Notes under the pieces: model-generated
What the model was told of the DNA's origin: nothing
The model's database searches: none
Seen by the model: the letters and a program-made list of their open reading frames with translations, nothing else
Source: Bacteroidales bacterium
GTDB lineage: Bacteria; Bacteroidota; Bacteroidia; Bacteroidales; ML635J-15
Reading direction: 5' to 3'
Length of the DNA stretch: 32,000 bases
Assembly (NCBI GenBank): GCA_017526205.1
Contig: JAFXRP010000201.1
Span: 11,404-43,403, forward strand
Made by a program: the position numbers and the translations under genes
Part shown: piece after piece, positions 30,844-32,000 of the stretch
Layout: each line of letters starts with the position of its first letter
How positions within the stretch are numbered: position 1 is the stretch's first letter

Positions 30844-31803
30844 TCATCTCACCACCCAAGTCGTACAATTTAGCAAACCGCCTTCCTTGGCGACATCGTT
30901 GTAGTCGATTGTTTCAATTATCTTGTTCGGAAATGTCCTTTGTAAGATTTCAAGAGCTTGCTTGTCTTCGTCCCGATTATATATCGGTATCACAATCAAA
31001 TCGTTGACATCCAAATAGTTCACATATATTCCTATTGCACTGCCAGGATGCTTGCGGTCTTTGTGTTCAAAAAATGGAATGTCAATATATGTGAGTTTGT
31101 ATTGGTCTATAACCTTTTGAATGCCTTTTTGCCAATATTTATATTCCTTTGCCCTGTCATTTCCAAGAATAGTGTTTCTGTCAACAAACCTGACCATGCC
31201 ATCGGCGTGACCTGTGTAATCGCTGTTTTGCGCGGGTATGATAATAATCTCGCATTCAAGCAGTTTCGACAGTTCGTTTATCAGGGAATCCTTTTCATAA
31301 TCTGGATTTTCCGTGAAAATCCTGTCCGACAATATTGCCCTGCCATCACAGATAAGCACATTTCCTCCGTCCAAGTTTATGTCCGAAAATGTAGCGTTAA
31401 TATTATTCAACCGGCAAACTTCTTTCACATCGGAACGCGAATCTTCCCATTCCTTTTCGCCTTTCAAATAGCTTGGTTCGTACCGGAATTGTATAAACTT
31501 TCCCGATTCAGTTTGTACCGGCATATAATCGCGGCACCAGATGTCCTTTGTCCCTTTAATAAACGAGTATTTCACATGATGCTTTTCGAGAATGGCAATC
31601 AGGTTCTTGCAAGTTTCGGGGTATTTGTCCATTAGCAGTTCCGACATATAGACGGTTTGTTCGTTGTGCGGGTTGTTGTCTTTCATTTCAAACATAGGTT
31701 CATTTATTAAGTTGTTCTTTTTGTAAGATTCGTTACTGGTTGCCGCATCTGTGGATATGAAACAGACGATAATTCCAATTAGTAATCCGAATGTAATTCT
31801 CAT
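30844..31803 (-). CDS. agmatine deiminase / Porphyromonas-type peptidyl-arginine deiminase family enzyme (guanidino-group modifying) with an N-terminal signal or anchor
   Basis: Family motifs DIWCRDYMP (W.RD..P), LDGGNVL and YTGHADGMVRF (GH.D) are present, plus the C-terminal catalytic-Cys motif EGGLLNCTTWV. The N-terminus MRITFGLLIGIIVCFISTDA is hydrophobic. Length is 319 aa. Confidence 0.72.
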   Translation of the reverse strand: MRITFGLLIGIIVCFISTDAATSNESYKKNNLINEPMFEMKDNNPHNEQTVYMSELLMDKYPETCKNLIAILEKHHVKYSFIKGTKDIWCRDYMPVQTESGKFIQFRYEPSYLKGEKEWEDSRSDVKEVCRLNNINATFSDINLDGGNVLICDGRAILSDRIFTENPDYEKDSLINELSKLLECEIIIIPAQNSDYTGHADGMVRFVDRNTILGNDRAKEYKYWQKGIQKVIDQYKLTYIDIPFFEHKDRKHPGSAIGIYVNYLDVNDLIVIPIYNRDEDKQALEILQRTFPNKIIETIDYNDVAKEGGLLNCTTWVVR

Positions 31804-32000
31804 TTTATTGTTTTTAATCCTACTAGTCTAAACTGCCACAATCTTTCTCCTTCTATATTTATTCGTTTTCCCTGCTCAATGTCGCCACCTTTATTATATT
31901 CTACCCATTTTATAGCATTTGTACCCAAGAACGATAGTAGGCCAGAATAATACAAATCATCATAAAGATGAGATGAGCAATAGTCGTACAATATAATATC
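31800..32000 (-). CDS. hypothetical protein, partial (N-terminus probably beyond the right window edge)
   Basis: The track start at 31991 is a TTG, and the frame stays open to base 32000. The stop overlaps the downstream ATG by 4 nt (ATGA at 31800-31803), which suggests translational coupling. I recognise no family. Confidence 0.4.
   Translation of the reverse strand, partial: DIILYDYCSSHLYDDLYYSGLLSFLGTNAIKWVEYNKGGDIEQGKRINIEGERLWQFRLVGLKTIK

Overview
This is a chromosomal window from a Bacteroidota (Bacteroidales-like) genome. The assignment rests on several type IX secretion (T9SS) C-terminal sorting domains, TAnnTTTG -7 promoter boxes at sensible distances upstream of many genes, lipobox lipoproteins and a type-A RNase P RNA.

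Gene content, left to right:
- a partial lipoprotein gene;
- a tandem pair of ~546-aa secreted paralogs ending in a Fibrobacter-succinogenes-major-paralogous (FISUMP) domain;
- a tightly packed five-gene plus-strand operon: ThrH/SerB-like HAD-IB enzyme, LicC-like cytidylyltransferase, aspartate-racemase-type enzyme, SAM methyltransferase, LicD;
- converging on that operon, a long minus-strand gene string: PKD-repeat T9SS cargo, rnhA, FabK/nitronate-monooxygenase-like oxidoreductase, YfhO-family membrane protein, GT4, GT2;
- recR, a 1217-aa adhesin-like T9SS cargo, rnpB, a 660-aa T9SS cargo and an amn-like nucleosidase;
- three secreted unknowns, one of them DUF5103/T9SS-plug-like;
- tRNA-Leu(CAG) and two small lipocalin-like lipoproteins;
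- a 9x Sel1-repeat protein, a signal-peptide-bearing agmatine-deiminase/PAD-family enzyme and a partial ORF.

I saw no CRISPR array, IS element, integrase, phage gene or recognisable defence or toxin gene.

Three things are not explained by the gene list and look most worth follow-up:
1. Almost every long intergenic spacer is built from a shared vocabulary of conserved hairpin 'words' plus 7-nt-period tandem arrays. Examples are a perfect 20-nt palindrome AGACGCAAAATTTTGCGTCT and CCATGG-centred palindromes. The arrangement is BIME/REP-like, it brackets rnpB and it sits upstream of recR, amn and tRNA-Leu.
2. The LicC/LicD operon has no choline kinase or transporter. It carries a ThrH-like HAD, a two-cysteine racemase and a methyltransferase instead, next to a YfhO/GT2/GT4 set. 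This suggests an undescribed CDP-activated phospho-head-group decoration of a surface glycan.
3. The tandem FISUMP paralogs carry a T9SS-CTD-like segment internally near the N-terminus. They also share a Cys-bracketed ~45-aa module with a distant T9SS cargo gene.

All functional calls come from motif recognition by eye. No database search was run.
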